Assembly (NCBI GenBank): GCA_039621445.1
Contig: CP154954.1
Coordinates: forward strand, 11,526,716 to 11,590,715
Direction: 5' to 3'
Source: Euglena gracilis
Lineage: Eukaryota
Length of the DNA: 64,000 nt
Shown: positions 50,214 to 62,533 of the stretch, one piece after another
Numbering within the stretch: the first letter of the stretch is position 1
Layout: each line of letters begins with the position of its first letter
The notes under the pieces: model-generated
The model's input: only the letters and a program-made list of their open reading frames with translations
Databases searched by the model: none
Told to the model about the DNA's origin: nothing
Program-made: the position numbers and the translations under genes

Positions 50214-53200
50214 CTAGGTTTTGGCCGCGGCCAGCTGGTTCTGCAGCTCCACGATTTGCGGCATCATCGACGGCACCGGTGTCCACAGGTACCTGCGAAT
50301 TAGGAATTTGGGGGGGGTGGAAATGGGAAACCATGCATTTGGGATCGTTGTGGCAGTGCTGTGGTGGGATGGGGATGGCTGGGTTGCATTAGGGATTACC
50401 GTCACCCCACCCCCTCTCATCCAGGACACAGAAACGTTCAGAAACACCCTGCTGGCGTGCCCATTCAGTTGAACGGAAAAAAAGCAGCCCCCCCCCCCCC
50501 AAGAAGCTGTCACCTGACGCGTCAGCCAGTTCCCGCCAGTTTGGGGACCTGGCAACTTCCCGAAGTGGCACGTTGGCTGACAGTAGGCTTGACTGTTTTC
50601 CGAGTGGAACATCTCAAGAGAAAATCAATGGATCTTGGAGCCATTTTCGAAACCTGAACCCACCCCTAACCTTATACCAACCCTTACCCCTAACCTTATC
50701 CCCAACCCATCCCGAACCTGGGGGTACCCCCCCCCAATTGTGAAACGTATGGTCAGGAAACAGCCCACAGGATGGTCACCCTCTCCGTGCCGCTCCACAA
50801 CAACGAGAAAGCGGCCGGCGACTCAACGCGCTTGGGGCGGGAACGCGTCGTCAAAGCGAACACGGCCGGCACACTTGCACAGCTCGTCGACGCTGATGCG
50901 GCCGTCGTCGTCCACCTTGACGTTGTTCAGCACGTGCTGCGCCTCCTCCCGCGACATCGGCTCCCCCAGGCCAGTCAGGTACGTGAGCAGCTCCGACTGG
51001 CGGATGTACCTGTGTCGCGTGGGGGGGGGGGGGCGGGGTAAAAAAAATGTCCAGTTTGAAATTGCACAACCTTGAAATGCACACCTTTAAATCCGTGTAA
51101 AGGGTAGACCTGCAAAAACAGATGTAAGTTTTAATATTAAAAGCATGGAGACAGGGGGTCTGCTGGGCCTTTCCTTAGGTGGCGCACCACTGTTCGGAGA
51201 AATTGGTTGGAGAGGTTGGAAATGTTTGTGGCCTCCGGATAAGGTAGCCTGAAGAAGTCAGATTTCCTGCATTTGAACTCTGGAAAAAGATCTGATCAAA
51301 CCCAACAAAAATACCAACGAGGAAGCTCATCTCTCTCCTAGTGATAATGTGGTAGTTCATCCCAGCCTTATATTTTCTTGAGCGATCGAGGAAATGGCTG
51401 CACACTAGGAACGTTGTTTCCTTGTTGGGTTTTGCGTTCTGGTTGCTTAACTACACTTCCCTGTGCATGCGCACATGCACGCATACATAAACACATGCTC
51501 AAAGCCACAGCAAATTTCCTGGTGCATTTTCATTTGCACAAAACACAAACATTCTGTTGACTTCTGTGTTTCGTCTGATATCCCATTGTTGCACAAACCG
51601 TTTCCACCAGAGATCTTGCCCAATGGTGAATTTTCTTGCCATTCTTCTTCTTATTCTTTTGGCAGGAGACATTTTTGAAAGAAAAAAGAAATTGTGGGCG
51701 ACCAGGTTCCGGAAAGGATCGCCGTGCGGGGTGTGGCCTCATCCCCGGTGTCTGAGCCCCCCCCCCCCCCACCACACTGTGGCTGTGGGGCAGACCCACT
51801 CCGCCCGCCCAGGAAGTCCAGCGCTTCCCACAGCTCGGTCTGCGTGGGCGGCGTGTACGGCTCCCGCATGAACGCCAGGAAGTCGGCCAGCGGCACGGGG
51901 TCCGGCAGCGCCGCCAGCCGCTCCCGCAGCTCCTGCTCGGAGTACTTGCGTCGCCCGCGCGGCCGGGCCGACTCTTCCGTGGACGCTGTCGCGACGGGCG
52001 CTGCGGCGACTTACGGCTTTTTGGTGGGCCCGAAATTACGCGTTCGCCGGACCCCTTCCCGAAGGGGGTGCCTCTTTCTAACCCGGATGATGAACATGGA
52101 ACTGTGGGTGTGCTGAGATCCGAAAAAAGGAGCTGGACCCCCCCCCCCGGGCGGGGGGTTCAGATGTCAGCCGGACCCAGATGATACGTGAAATGGAACC
52201 CCAATTCACATTTTAAAACAAACTTTGATTTCTCAATTAAGAACCTGGAAAATACTTTTTTTGGGCAACACGACCGTTCTTTTTCAAACAAAATTCCGGG
52301 ACAAACGCTTTTCTTGGCTCAGCCTGGCTGCAACGGACCCGGTGGGGGAGGGTCCATTGCAATAAAGACGTGGGGGAAAGGCAGGCCAAGCAGCAGCTGC
52401 TTCCAGCCAGGTGCTGGAGCGGCTGGCTGGAAAAAAAGGGCGCTGGTGGACTGGAGGTCCCAGGAGGGGGGTGAGGGTATGATCCCCTCCAGCTTAAGAG
52501 GCCGCCTGCTCTCCACCCACCCACCCACCTACCCAACACAACACAACACAACACAACACAACACAACACAACACAACACAACACAACACAACGCAACGCA
52601 ACACAACACGACACAACCCAACGCAACGCAACGCAACACACACACACACACACAGAGAGACAAAGACACAGACACACAGACACACAGACACACACCCACA
52701 CACGCACCACAAACACACACAACACCCGCCCACCCACCCATCCGGCACAACCGCGGTTCCAAAGAGCGCACAATATGGACGAAGTCAGCCTTGGCCACCT
52801 TGTCCTCCTTCTGGCTGTCGCCCGCACGGGGGGCTGGCTAGCTGGGCTAGCAGCACCCCCCCCCCCCGAGCGGTCGGCTCGCCAGGATGGGGCGTGACAG
52901 GCCGTGACCACAGTGTATCTGGCGCATGCACGCGCCACATTGCATGCGTGCGGTTTGGCGCATGCTGCACGCGCCACATTGCATGCGTGCGGTTTGGCGC
53001 ATGCTGCACGCGCCACATTGCATGCGTGCGGTTTGGCGCATGCTGCACGCGCCACATTGCATGCGTGCGGTTTGGCGCATGCTGCACGCGCCACATTGCA
53101 TGCGTGCGGTTTGGCGCATGCTGCACGCGCCACATTGCATGCGTGCGGTTTGGCGCATGCTGCACGCGCCACATTGCATGCGTGCGGTTTGGCGCATGCT

Positions 53201-53978
53201 GCACGCGCCACATTGCATGCGTGCGGTTTGGCGCATGCTGCACGCGCCACATTGCATGCGTGCGGTTTGGCGCATGCTGCACGCGCCACATTGCATGCGT
53301 GCGGTTTGGCGCATGCTGCACGCGCCACATTGCATGCGTGCGGTTTGGCGCATGCTGCACGCGCCACATTGCATGCGTGCGGTTTGGCGCATGCTGCACG
53401 CGCCACATTGCATGCGTGCGGTTTGGCGCATGCTGCACGCGCCACATTGCATGCGTGCGGTTTGGCGCATGCTGCACGCGCCACATTGCATGCGTGCGGT
53501 TTGGCGCATGCTGCACGCGCCACATTGCATGCGTGCGGTTTGGCGCATGCTGCACGCGCCACATTGCATGCGTGCGGTTTGGCGCATGCTGCACGCGTGC
53601 ACCGTGCGCACGTGCAGCATGGTGCACGCAGCTGGTATACACCCAATCCGTGGAATGGTGAATGAACTCTTCAACCGCGTGTGTGCGCCATATGGCCATG
53701 CCACATGAATGGATGCAGTGGTTGGTGCAAACGGAAAATAAATGCAGTAAATAAGGGGAAATGGTAGTGAATGGCAGTGACCAGATGCACGTTTGTCGTA
53801 ATGCACGGATTTGCGATTTGGATGAAAGCATGTGGATGCAAACACGCTGCCTTCCAGCGTCCGTAACTATGGTACGCAGCTACACATGCACTTTCTCTAT
53901 GCATTGGTTCTCTACACATTCCACTGGGCTGTGGGCAAAGACGTACCACATTTGTTTCCATTCCTCCTCCTCAGCCAT
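50214..53978 (-). CDS. Calmodulin-like EF-hand protein, 157 aa, 5 exons
   Basis: Exons 53978-53937, 52819-52759, 51952-51796, 51009-50875, 50292-50214 give MAEEEEWKQMWYVFDSQKEDKVAKADFVHIVRSLGRKYSEQELRERLAALPDPVPLADFLAFMREPYTPPTQTELWEALDFLGGRSGYIRQSELLTYLTGLGEPMSREEAQHVLNNVKVDDDGRISVDELCKYLWTPVPSMMPQIVELQNQLAAAKT*. This is colinear with calmodulin landmarks (FD, RSLG, GYI, LGE, DG-I). Introns 1-2 are non-conventional and 3-4 are GT-AG. Confidence 0.88.
51953..52758 (-). other. Non-conventional intron AAC-CGC...GCG-CGGGC
   Basis: Stem CGCGGTTGTGCCGG / TCGGCCCGGCCGCG with G-U pairs. Removal restores calmodulin-like VRSLG-RKYSE. Confidence 0.75.
52820..53936 (-). other. Non-conventional intron GCC-CAC...GTG-CGGGC
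   Basis: Removal restores WYVF|DSQKED (the calmodulin FD motif). R at +1, CAC/GTG at +4..6/-8..-6 and C at -1; the terminal stem is short. Confidence 0.65.
52920..53596. repeat. 39-bp perfect tandem minisatellite, about 17 copies
   Basis: Unit tggcgcatgctgcacgcgccacattgcatgcgtgcggtt. Confidence 0.95.
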
Positions 53979-53986
53979 GATTTAGA

Positions 53987-54003
53987 CTGTAGAGGACGGC
54001 GGC
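53987..54003 (-). promoter_or_regulatory. Candidate spliced-leader trans-splice acceptor of the calmodulin-like gene
   Basis: ccgtcctctacAG 8 nt upstream of the ATG. Similar sites precede ATG 21624 (cccacccAG, 9 nt) and ATG 49366 (cttgttcgcAG). Any of these could instead be a 5'UTR cis intron. Confidence 0.45.
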
Positions 54004-55601
54004 TTTCCAGCAGCATCAACAGCATCGGCAAGGGATCAGGCTTCTTTTTAAGGCCCCCAGAGAGGGGGGGGCTTCCAAATCAAAACAAAGCCTTCAACAG
54101 ATGTTTGTTTGGACAGAGGTTCAACGTTTGTAAAGACCATGCTGGCTGGGCACTGGGGTTCAAGAAAATGAAATCAATGAAATCACACTGCAGAACGTCT
54201 TTTGTTTACTGATTTTAAAAGGATGCATGCAAAGAGCCCCCCCCCCCCAATAAGAACCCGATCTAACTTTGTGGGTTCTGGTCTGGAAGCCTGGCTGGCC
54301 CGGCTGGCCGGCAATACTACAGCATATATTTCATGACCACAAGGGGGTGAAGTAGCACCCATTAAACCATTCCCGACGATCCGGGATCCCATTTCCGAAA
54401 AGTAGTCCTTTGGAGTTCACAGACCAATCAGCACCCCCAGAATCATCGTTGGGATTCTGTTTTTTTTTTGTACTGGGTTGGGTTGAATCAAGATTTAAAA
54501 TGATTTCACTGAAATTTACGTGGCCACATTCGAAGGTAAAGCCGGGGTGCCAACTTTGGGGGCAAAATGGCAAGGTACAAATTTTGGAGGGCGATATGCA
54601 AAATAAGCCTGAAAATGGGGACGGGGTAAAATTGCAAGTGAAGGCTGAAAGCCACCTGTGGACGGGGATCATTCTGGATGAACCAGTCAGTACATTCAAG
54701 AAGAATTTTTCCAGCCAGTGCCTAAAAAAACAAAAACTATGGGGTTGATGGGGGCAAGCCTCAGCACACAAAATCCCATCAGTCGCTCCGACAGCCAATT
54801 GCCCCCAGATGCTCTCTCAGAAATGGTCTAAAACCACTCGAAAAGAAGCTTGGGGTTTCAGTCTTCAGATTTTCTCTCAGCGCAAGAGGTTCTTCTTTGC
54901 TGAGAGGGTTCTTCTTTTCAGCTTGGGGTCTTTGGGGCATACTATGTCCATTGACACACTTAAACTTTCAAGGGGAATTTCCACCGAGAAGTTCAAAAAA
55001 GCAAAACGAAGAACGACCAACGCATAGCATATTTTTTTTATCTTTATTAAACTGGTATCCCTGTTCTTTTTTCTACGGAAACTACATTTTGAGGAGTTAA
55101 GGTAGAGGGAAAAGCAGGGAGGAACGCTCCCAATTAATATGTGATAGGCATTCTGATGCATTGGAATAAAAAAATTAGTTATACCACATCACGGGGAGGT
55201 GATGGCAGCAACACGGCATGGAAGCATGCTGGCAAAGGTCCCTAAGAACGGTACAGGGAGTTGTAAAAACAGGTGAGATGAGTGGATTGGTGTTTTGATG
55301 TTGGTGGGTGGGTGGGTGTACGTACCTATGCGCGTAGTGTGTGTTCATCTGCGTGCGTGCGTGTGTGTCGTATGTTGGTGTTTTTGTATGCCATGTGCAT
55401 GTGTGTGGCTGCCTGTGTATCAAATGGTGCGTTATCCACGTCTGTGTGCAATTAGTCATTTGAAGTGGGTTTCGGAGGGTCAGAGACAAAGGCAGCTTAT
55501 GGATCGCTGCCGAATGCGGGACGGGGGGCATCGGTGTTTGGGTGAGTGCCAGACGCAAAGGGAGGAGCTGGTGGGCAAGTGGCAGGAGGACTTCCTCCCC
55601 T

Positions 55602-56108
55602 CTAGTTCCTAGGCGGGCTAGCAGAGTGGCCGTTCTGCTTGGCAGCACGCACGGCGTACGTTGCCAGAAAGCAGACAAGCAGGGGACTTCTCAAGCACAG
55701 CCGGAGACCCTCCAAAACACATTTTTTTTGCCATTTTTGTCCTTCGATGAATTCTCTTTTCGGCTCAGCCTGGAAAGCCCTGGCTGCCCCAACGGATCCC
55801 CTGGGGACCCCCCACCCTGGGGTCCATAGCCCTGTTCGGAGCTGTTGGCTGGAAAGGTTTCGGGGAGTCTCGTACTGAGGGGAGGGCTTGGGCCGAGCGT
55901 GGCTGTCAGCCTTGCTGTCCGATGCATCTTTGGCCTCCTTCTTCTCCCGGCGCTCTGTGCTACTGTCGCGGTCTTTGGTGCGCGTCTTCTCTCGGCTCCT
56001 GTCGTTGCCAAGGGACTGCCTTGCCATGCTCCACTATTCGCCTCATCCTCATCATCATCATCATCATCATCGTCATCATCCTCATCCTCATCATCATCAT
56101 CATCATCG

Positions 56109-56176
<68 letters not shown>

Positions 56177-59100
56177 GTCACCATCGTTACAAACAAAAAG
56201 GAGGAAATAATGATGAAACTAAATAACAAATTCATTGAAAGCCAATAAACTCCCATGCTGCCAATTTTTAGTGTCCCAATCACAAAATCATGCAACCTTC
56301 CTGCAACAAATGCCACAACAATACATCTCCCATTTTAAAAATGTCGCAAAACGCTATTCTCTGCATCACTTTGCACACACAGAAATCCACCGGATCCGGC
56401 ACACATATATCTGCAGCGATTCACAGCGGCCCGCGTTCAGCCGCCGTGACCAGCGCCCGCCCAGCCCCCCCCCCCGCCCCGCCCTCTGGCCGGCAGCGCC
56501 TCGCACCCGACTGCGCCGCGCCTTGTCGCGGTCCCGGCTGCGCCGCCGGTCCTTCCGGTCGCGACTGCGGTCCCGGCGCCCACTGCGCTCGCGGCTGCGC
56601 CGTCGGGTACCGGGCGGCTGTGCACGGGGGGGGGGGTGGGGGTCAAGTCAGCATGACCCTCGATAAATGCGACGCAAAAAAAACACACAAAGCAAGCCCA
56701 AACAAAACGCCAATTGCATGTAAAATCCTGTAGGAGCTCCCCGGATGTGCACTTTCTGCTGGGGAGGACTTACAAAAACTCTCGGCTCTGCTGGGGCAAA
56801 GCTTTAAGTAGGGACAAAATGGGAACAAAAATGAGGAATTGTCGAAAAAAATTCCAGCAAAAAAAATCGAAAATCGCCAAACAAAAAAGCAAAGAAACAC
56901 AAAAAACACAAATTTTGCCAAAATCGAAAAAACAAAAAAGAACAAAAAATCCGTTTGAATCCCCCCCTTGGAGCGGTGCTGGGGGCCGGGGGGCTGGGGG
57001 GGGGGGGAGGTCCGTATACAAAAAAACTCCCATACAAAATGATTAAACCCCGCAAAAGCGCCAAATATACGCAAAAAATTCGTTTTGCCAGTGCAGAGCG
57101 CCGGGAAAGCAAAAAAATACTCGGTTCTGGGAACCCTCACAAAACCAACGCTCAGTTTGAAGCATGGGGCTGGGGCAAGGCACTGGATTGGCCCAGTACC
57201 TTCTTTTTTATTTGAAATGGCGGACATGCAACTGTTTGGGAAGACTCTTTCCTTTTGGGTTCGGAGCAATGTTGGCCCCGGCACTCCGCCCAATGCCACG
57301 CCACACGGCCGCCCGGCCGGTCCCGATCGCGGTGGCGGTCGCGGCTGCGGTCCCGACTGCGGCGCTTCCGGTCCCGGTCCTTCGAAGCGTCCCGGCGCTT
57401 GCGGGCGTTGGAGTCGGAGGCGCTCCGCTCCCTCTCCCGCTTCCTGTGTGATGGGGGTCGGCGGGAAGAAGGCAACCAACCCTGACTTGATTTGTTTCCC
57501 AATTTCCGACACGCTGCTGTGTTTCTGTCGGGGCGGTTGCGGGGTGTCATTTTCGTAAACCTCAACATTCTCGGGAGACTTTCCCTTTTTCATCTTTAAA
57601 TTCATTGAAATATGCATTCGATGAATTTACTGTGTGGGATGTTTTGTGGCAACCGCCCTTGGATTTCATTAAAATCTGAGACGCTGAGACATCGAAGGTT
57701 CCAGCTCTGGATCAGGCTTTGATTTAAGGACTCCCGGGGGGTCCAATGGCAGCGATTTTGCAATACCCTGGACAAAAATGGACGAGCTTGATCCCCAGAA
57801 AAAAATTCCGTGCCGAGGTGAAAATGAATTTTTGACGGGGTTTTTCGGCTGAGTTTGTTCAAAACAATCCCAGAGATGGCCAAAAATGGGTTTTTTTCGG
57901 CCAGCTTTGGAAGTTCAAAAAAAATTCGCGCTTTGCGCTGGTCACTGGAAGTATTTTTTTCCCACTAACTGACCCTGGAGCACCCCCCCCCCCTATGGGT
58001 CTGCTAGTATTTCCACTGGCCAAACTTGGACTAGTTGCTGTCCAGACCCCCCCCCCCGGCCGGGGTACTGCGAACCCTTAAGCGAAACCTGCTCCGTGCT
58101 TTTCTTTCAAAAAAGCTTTGTACAGCTTTCCCTTTGCAAATTGCACACTGCCAAAACAACACACAACGCCATAATGCTGGGGAACTGCATTGCGCTGGAT
58201 GAAACTTGCTTTCCTTACTACATGCACAAAGGAGGCCGCAGGATACTTTGGGGGCGGGGATGGGGATGGCATCCGCTCGATCTTCTGCCCAATCAACTCC
58301 AGCACCGCCTTCAATCGATTCTTCACGTCGGGCGTCGTTTTCGGATACGGCTTGGCACAGCCGTTGTGCGACCGGTTCACCTGTGCATGAAGGCATGCAT
58401 GCACAGGTTTATGCTTTGTGGTGTGTACGTGTATGTGCGTGCATGTATGTATCTATTATATACACACGTGCATATGGTATGATATGCACATACGCATTTT
58501 CATGTTTACAGTTAGGCAAACGGAGGCAAGGATGGGTTCGCCTGAAAGGGTAAAGGGCATGTGGGGGTCTACATTGCCACAGATGCGGTTGCAGCAGCTG
58601 GACAACAACGCGACGATGCATAACTTTTTGCTGACACATCATGGGGAAGTTGGAGGACCTGGATCTGCTTGTCCCCGAGCACCATGTTGTTGAGGGTAAA
58701 GGCCGCGGTGTAGCCGCCCACCTCCATGAACTCAATGAACGCAAACTTGCTGGCGCCGGGAAATGGCAGGACTGGTTCGCCTTTCCCTCCCGCCAACCTT
58801 CGGGCACTGTCCCCAGTCAGGTTAGCAGTGCTGCAGACAGGTCCTTATGAAGACAGGAGGCCCGATAAAAAATATTGATATTCTTTAATCATGGCCGACA
58901 CAACTACCCTACCCAAGGAAAGCGATTTTTCACATATTTGTGACCAGAGGCAGAGCCAATCCACACGCAGGAAAATGGAGGATGGCAGGGACTGCTGCAG
59001 ATCCCAAGCCCAAGGTCGCATACGTCCCGTCCCAGGTAAGGCAGATTTGCCCCGAGCGGCCCTTGCAAAATAAACACCAGAATAACGGGCCCAATAACTT

Positions 59101-60659
59101 CCAATGACTTCTGCCAGTTTACAATGCATCGTTAAAACCGCTTTGGTTGGGGGAGACAAAAACCCGACTGACAATAGCACTTTTAGCAAGGCTCTTTTGG
59201 GGGGGAGACTCAGGTCAAATAACTTTTAAAAACATCAGATTTCTGGATTGAGAAGAACTGGGAAAGGGAGGTGCCTCCTCAACACACCAAACATAAACAT
59301 AAGCACAAAAAAAACAAGAAAACAAAAATGAATGCCAGAAAGGACGTCAAAAGATTATTCATATCAATCTTCCATCCACATGGCTGTCCGACTTTGTGGG
59401 ATGGGGCACAAACGACACACCTCTGTGTGCACTGCGGAGACTCCTCGCCCAGCACCCGAATGTAGGAGATGGGACCATACAATTTCTCAACCGACCCCCC
59501 CCCCAGGGGGTCACTTCCACTCATCCAAAAACCAGGTACTCAGTTTTTCTCGGGAAACCATTCAGTAACTACCCCTTGGGGGGTCGGCCACTCTGAAATC
59601 CAAACGAAATTTCACCAGAAACGTGGAAAAAAGGAGTCAAAAATTCCAGCGCCTTCGGCACCGGGCGTTTTTTTTTGACGACCCCCCCCCCCCAGGGAGG
59701 AAGGGGGAACACGGGCCAAAAACCAGTCAGTCACTCTGAAAAAAAACAGTCACCGACCCCCCGGGGGTGGTCGGCCAGTGACTAAGTTATTGTATGGATG
59801 GGACCGCATGGGGAGAAGAGGTCGACGAGGTTTTGCTCGGTGATGTACTGGGGCGGGCACAGGGAAGGAGAACCGCCACTGGAAGCCTTAACATTAGCAC
59901 ACGGATCCCACTTGAAGAGCATCCCCTTGCTTAAAACCCTGGTCGACTACAACGAACCTGCACCATTATTCTGGGAAGCTTTTAGAATGTACCTGAAAAG
60001 CCTTCTGTGCTGTGCTGCCTGTGTACAGTGCACATTTTATTGCACAACCATGGAACCCGGAGCAGGCTGTTTGAAACCACCCCCGGGGGGGGGGGTGGGG
60101 GGGGTCCGGAGTGCCTGTGAGTGCCTGCCCAGGGGGGTCGGATTTCGGCCCGTGCCCAGGCACATTCCTTTGAAAATAGCCATTTTGGCTCCCCGGCGCC
60201 TTTGGCGCCGGGCCTGTGCTGGGGCACTTTTGGCCGTGTGCCCCCGGGGGGGCGGGGGTCGCCGACCCCGGGTCGGATCGGGAGTACCTTGGAGTGCCTG
60301 CCCAGGCAGGCACCTCCGCCCTCCCCATGGGGTGGGATCGGCACCCGACTAAAATACGGCCTGACCTGGAGCCGTCAAGGGTCATGCAAGAGGGACAATC
60401 ATGGAGTGACAAAATCAAAAAAAAAAAACGGAAACCCTTTTGGAACAATACAACACTTGGCCCCAGGGTTTGGAAAAAATTGGAAATCACAAAATTGACA
60501 TTACAGGATCAAATGACTCTAAATTAAATTCTTCACACAAGTTACAACCTACAAAAAAAACTTGAGGAATCTTTACAGCAATATGCTATGAGGTGCAGAA
60601 GACATGAGGGGACTGTCCTCCCCTGGAAAGGTGGCTCACGTGCACCGTTTTATTGATAT
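55602..60659 (-). CDS. RRM + RS/RD-domain splicing factor, SRSF11/SREK1-like; 5' end not located
   Basis: Exons 60659-~60620 (INKTVHVSHL, RNP2), ~59847-59800 (YITEQNLVDLFSPCGP), 59470-59421 (ISYIRVLGEESPQCTQ), 58749-58659 (KFAFIEF RNP1...LNNMVLGDKQIQ), 58380-58247 (VNRSHNGCAKP...), 57443-~57319, ~56604-56507 and 56015-55876 (RS/RD repeats), and a tentative last exon ~55660-55602. Family call rests on recalled similarity to the SREK1/SRSF11 RRM and the NHSNNAIVKP motif that follows it. Confidence 0.8.
56043..56185. repeat. (CAT)n, intronic
   Basis: Lies between exon ends 56507 and 56015. Confidence 0.9.
59471..59799 (-). other. Non-conventional intron = MITE 59476-59796 (CAT...ATG termini) with perfect 8-bp TSD
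   Basis: TIR CATACAAT/ATTGTATG, with gatgggac at both 59468-75 and 59797-804. Removal gives the RRM sequence LFSPCGP|ISYIRV. Confidence 0.88.
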
Positions 60660-60789
60660 CTGTGGAATGTTCGGCCATGTGGCATCTGCGAAGGAGACCG
60701 GGGCTTGTTTGATGCCGTATTTCCCTCTCTCACAAAAAAAAACAACAGTAATAGAGTGTGAAAAAAATATGATGATGAATACATACATA

Positions 60790-60955
60790 CATATAAACAT
60801 AAAACATAAACAAAAACAAAAACATGAACATGAACATAAATATAAATATAAATATAAATGCAAATATAAATACAAATACAAATACAAATATAAATACAAA
60901 AAAATACAAATATAAATACAAATACAAATATAAACATAAATATGAACATAAATAT
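60790..60955. repeat. (AAATAT/AAATAC/AAACAT)n hexamer tract
   Basis: Read directly from the sequence. Confidence 0.85.
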
Positions 60956-61102
60956 ATGAAAGAAAAATATGATGATGCTTTGTGGAAATATGCCAAAAAC
61001 CTCAAGGCGTGCTACTGTGAGAACAATTAGGAATTGCATGAGAACCAATCAATCTTTGAGGGAAAACTAAAAAATGACCAAAACGTCCAATAGACCCCTT
61101 GG

Positions 61103-62533
61103 CAGGGGCAGAGAGATATTCCGGTCGGCCGAAAATTTTATTCCGGTGTTTTATTCCGGTTTATTCCGGTTTATTCCGGTTTATTCCGGCATTTATTCCG
61201 GTTTATTCCGGTCAATTCCTGTCTGAATGGACTTAGGATTTTTTTGCAGGACAATTGGGCCGAGGCGCTCACCCGGCTACAGGAATGGGGCTGCTTTCCT
61301 TGGTTGCCCCACCCCGCCAAGTGGTCACTTCGCACTTGGTGATGCGGATCATCACATCACATCACAGCAGACCCCGGCCTTTTTGGGAAAAACAAGCCGA
61401 TGAAAATTGGTTCTTGGGGTTTTCTCTTGAGGCGGTTCCCTGGCACCGCTGTCTTTTTTCCTTCCCAAAAATTGTCATGCCAAGTGTCTTAGGCGGCCCA
61501 AAATCAAAACTGCCCAAAAGTGCCCAAAAAGGTTTGTAATCATGTGGTAAGCACATCTGAGCAGTTTTTGGGGGTCTTCCGCCAGAAATTGGGGTTTTTT
61601 TGTACAAAAATTCCCATTCGGCCAATTTTGGGGAAATAGAATACCGTGCAGCATGGCAGAAATCTAAGGCCATCTGCTGAAAGCCCTTGAGAAGAGCTTT
61701 CAATCGATGGGCAACATGGCAGCTTCCAAACAGGGTCGGAAAATGCGACCGCCGATTTTCAGAGCGCTGTGCAATGTGGCTGAGTTCTGTCGGTACCAAG
61801 CAAAAGGTCTTGGGGCAGGCAAACCTTCGTGGACAGATCGCAGATCCTAAACCCCCCAGAGTTTTGAACCCTTTTAAAATAGAGCACAGGCTTAAAAAAA
61901 CACAAAAAGGGCCTGTTTCCTGGGTCCCAACAACCGCAAACGATGCACGTGCTACTGTGGAAGGTCCCCTCGGAACCAGAGGGCCAAAAGAGTGGGTTTC
62001 ACCGCTGGGTTTCAAAAAGAATGCAACGTTGCGCTTAAATGCAAGGCAAAAATCAAAACGAAGTGAAGTGCGAGTTAGGCCGCCTGAGAGTGTTATTACC
62101 CCCTGATTGAAAGATGATTCGCTTTGTCCAATGGGATCCCTGCCACCAAAAATCACAGCGTAGATATTGTCCTAGTTCATGTCCCTTTGGAAAGAACTCA
62201 GGGACAAACATTCACCAAGTGCAGCCCCACAAGTGGGGATAATATCCAAACAAAAAAAATTCATTCAACCAGGGGAAGAAACAGGCAAAGTGAAGGTGTG
62301 CTCCTGATATCAAATGCCGATTGTGCTTTGCTTGCGCTCTTTTGTTGCTCTTGTGGTTTTGAAACCTGAAAATATATCAAACTTCACCTTCATTGCCTTT
62401 GTGTCTTGCAGAATTTTCAAGCCATTGGCTGGCACTTTTATTCCGGTTATTCCGGTTTATTCCGGTTTATTCCGGTTTTCGCTATTCCGGTTTATTCCGG
62501 TTTATTCCGGACCGGAATATCTCCCTGCCCCTG
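61103..62533. mobile_element. Second copy of the 7-bp-TSD TIR family, with a different interior
   Basis: Same TIR (one mismatch) and subterminal repeats, with cccttgg on both sides. Confidence 0.85.

Noticed and set aside
50655-50712. Telomere-like CCCTAA motifs (also near 241 and 11490-11530)
   Set aside because: Short and degenerate; not a telomere array.
52920-53596. CRISPR-like array (39-bp palindromic repeats)
   Set aside because: Units are contiguous with no spacers, there are no cas genes, and the context is a eukaryotic intron.
53640-53675. Possible calmodulin-like exon LKSSFTI
   Set aside because: Exon 1 already supplies WKQMWYVF, which joins directly to DSQKED.
52237-53845. 250-470 aa repeat ORFs in all six frames
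   Set aside because: Produced by the stop-free 39-bp tandem repeat inside an intron.
55845-56316. Poly-S/H/I/M ORFs
   Set aside because: Intronic (CAT)n; the real exon is 56015-55876 on the minus strand.
61362-62156. 264-aa ORF inside a TIR element as a transposase
   Set aside because: No recognisable DDE or DNA-binding motifs, and the interior is not shared with the other copy.
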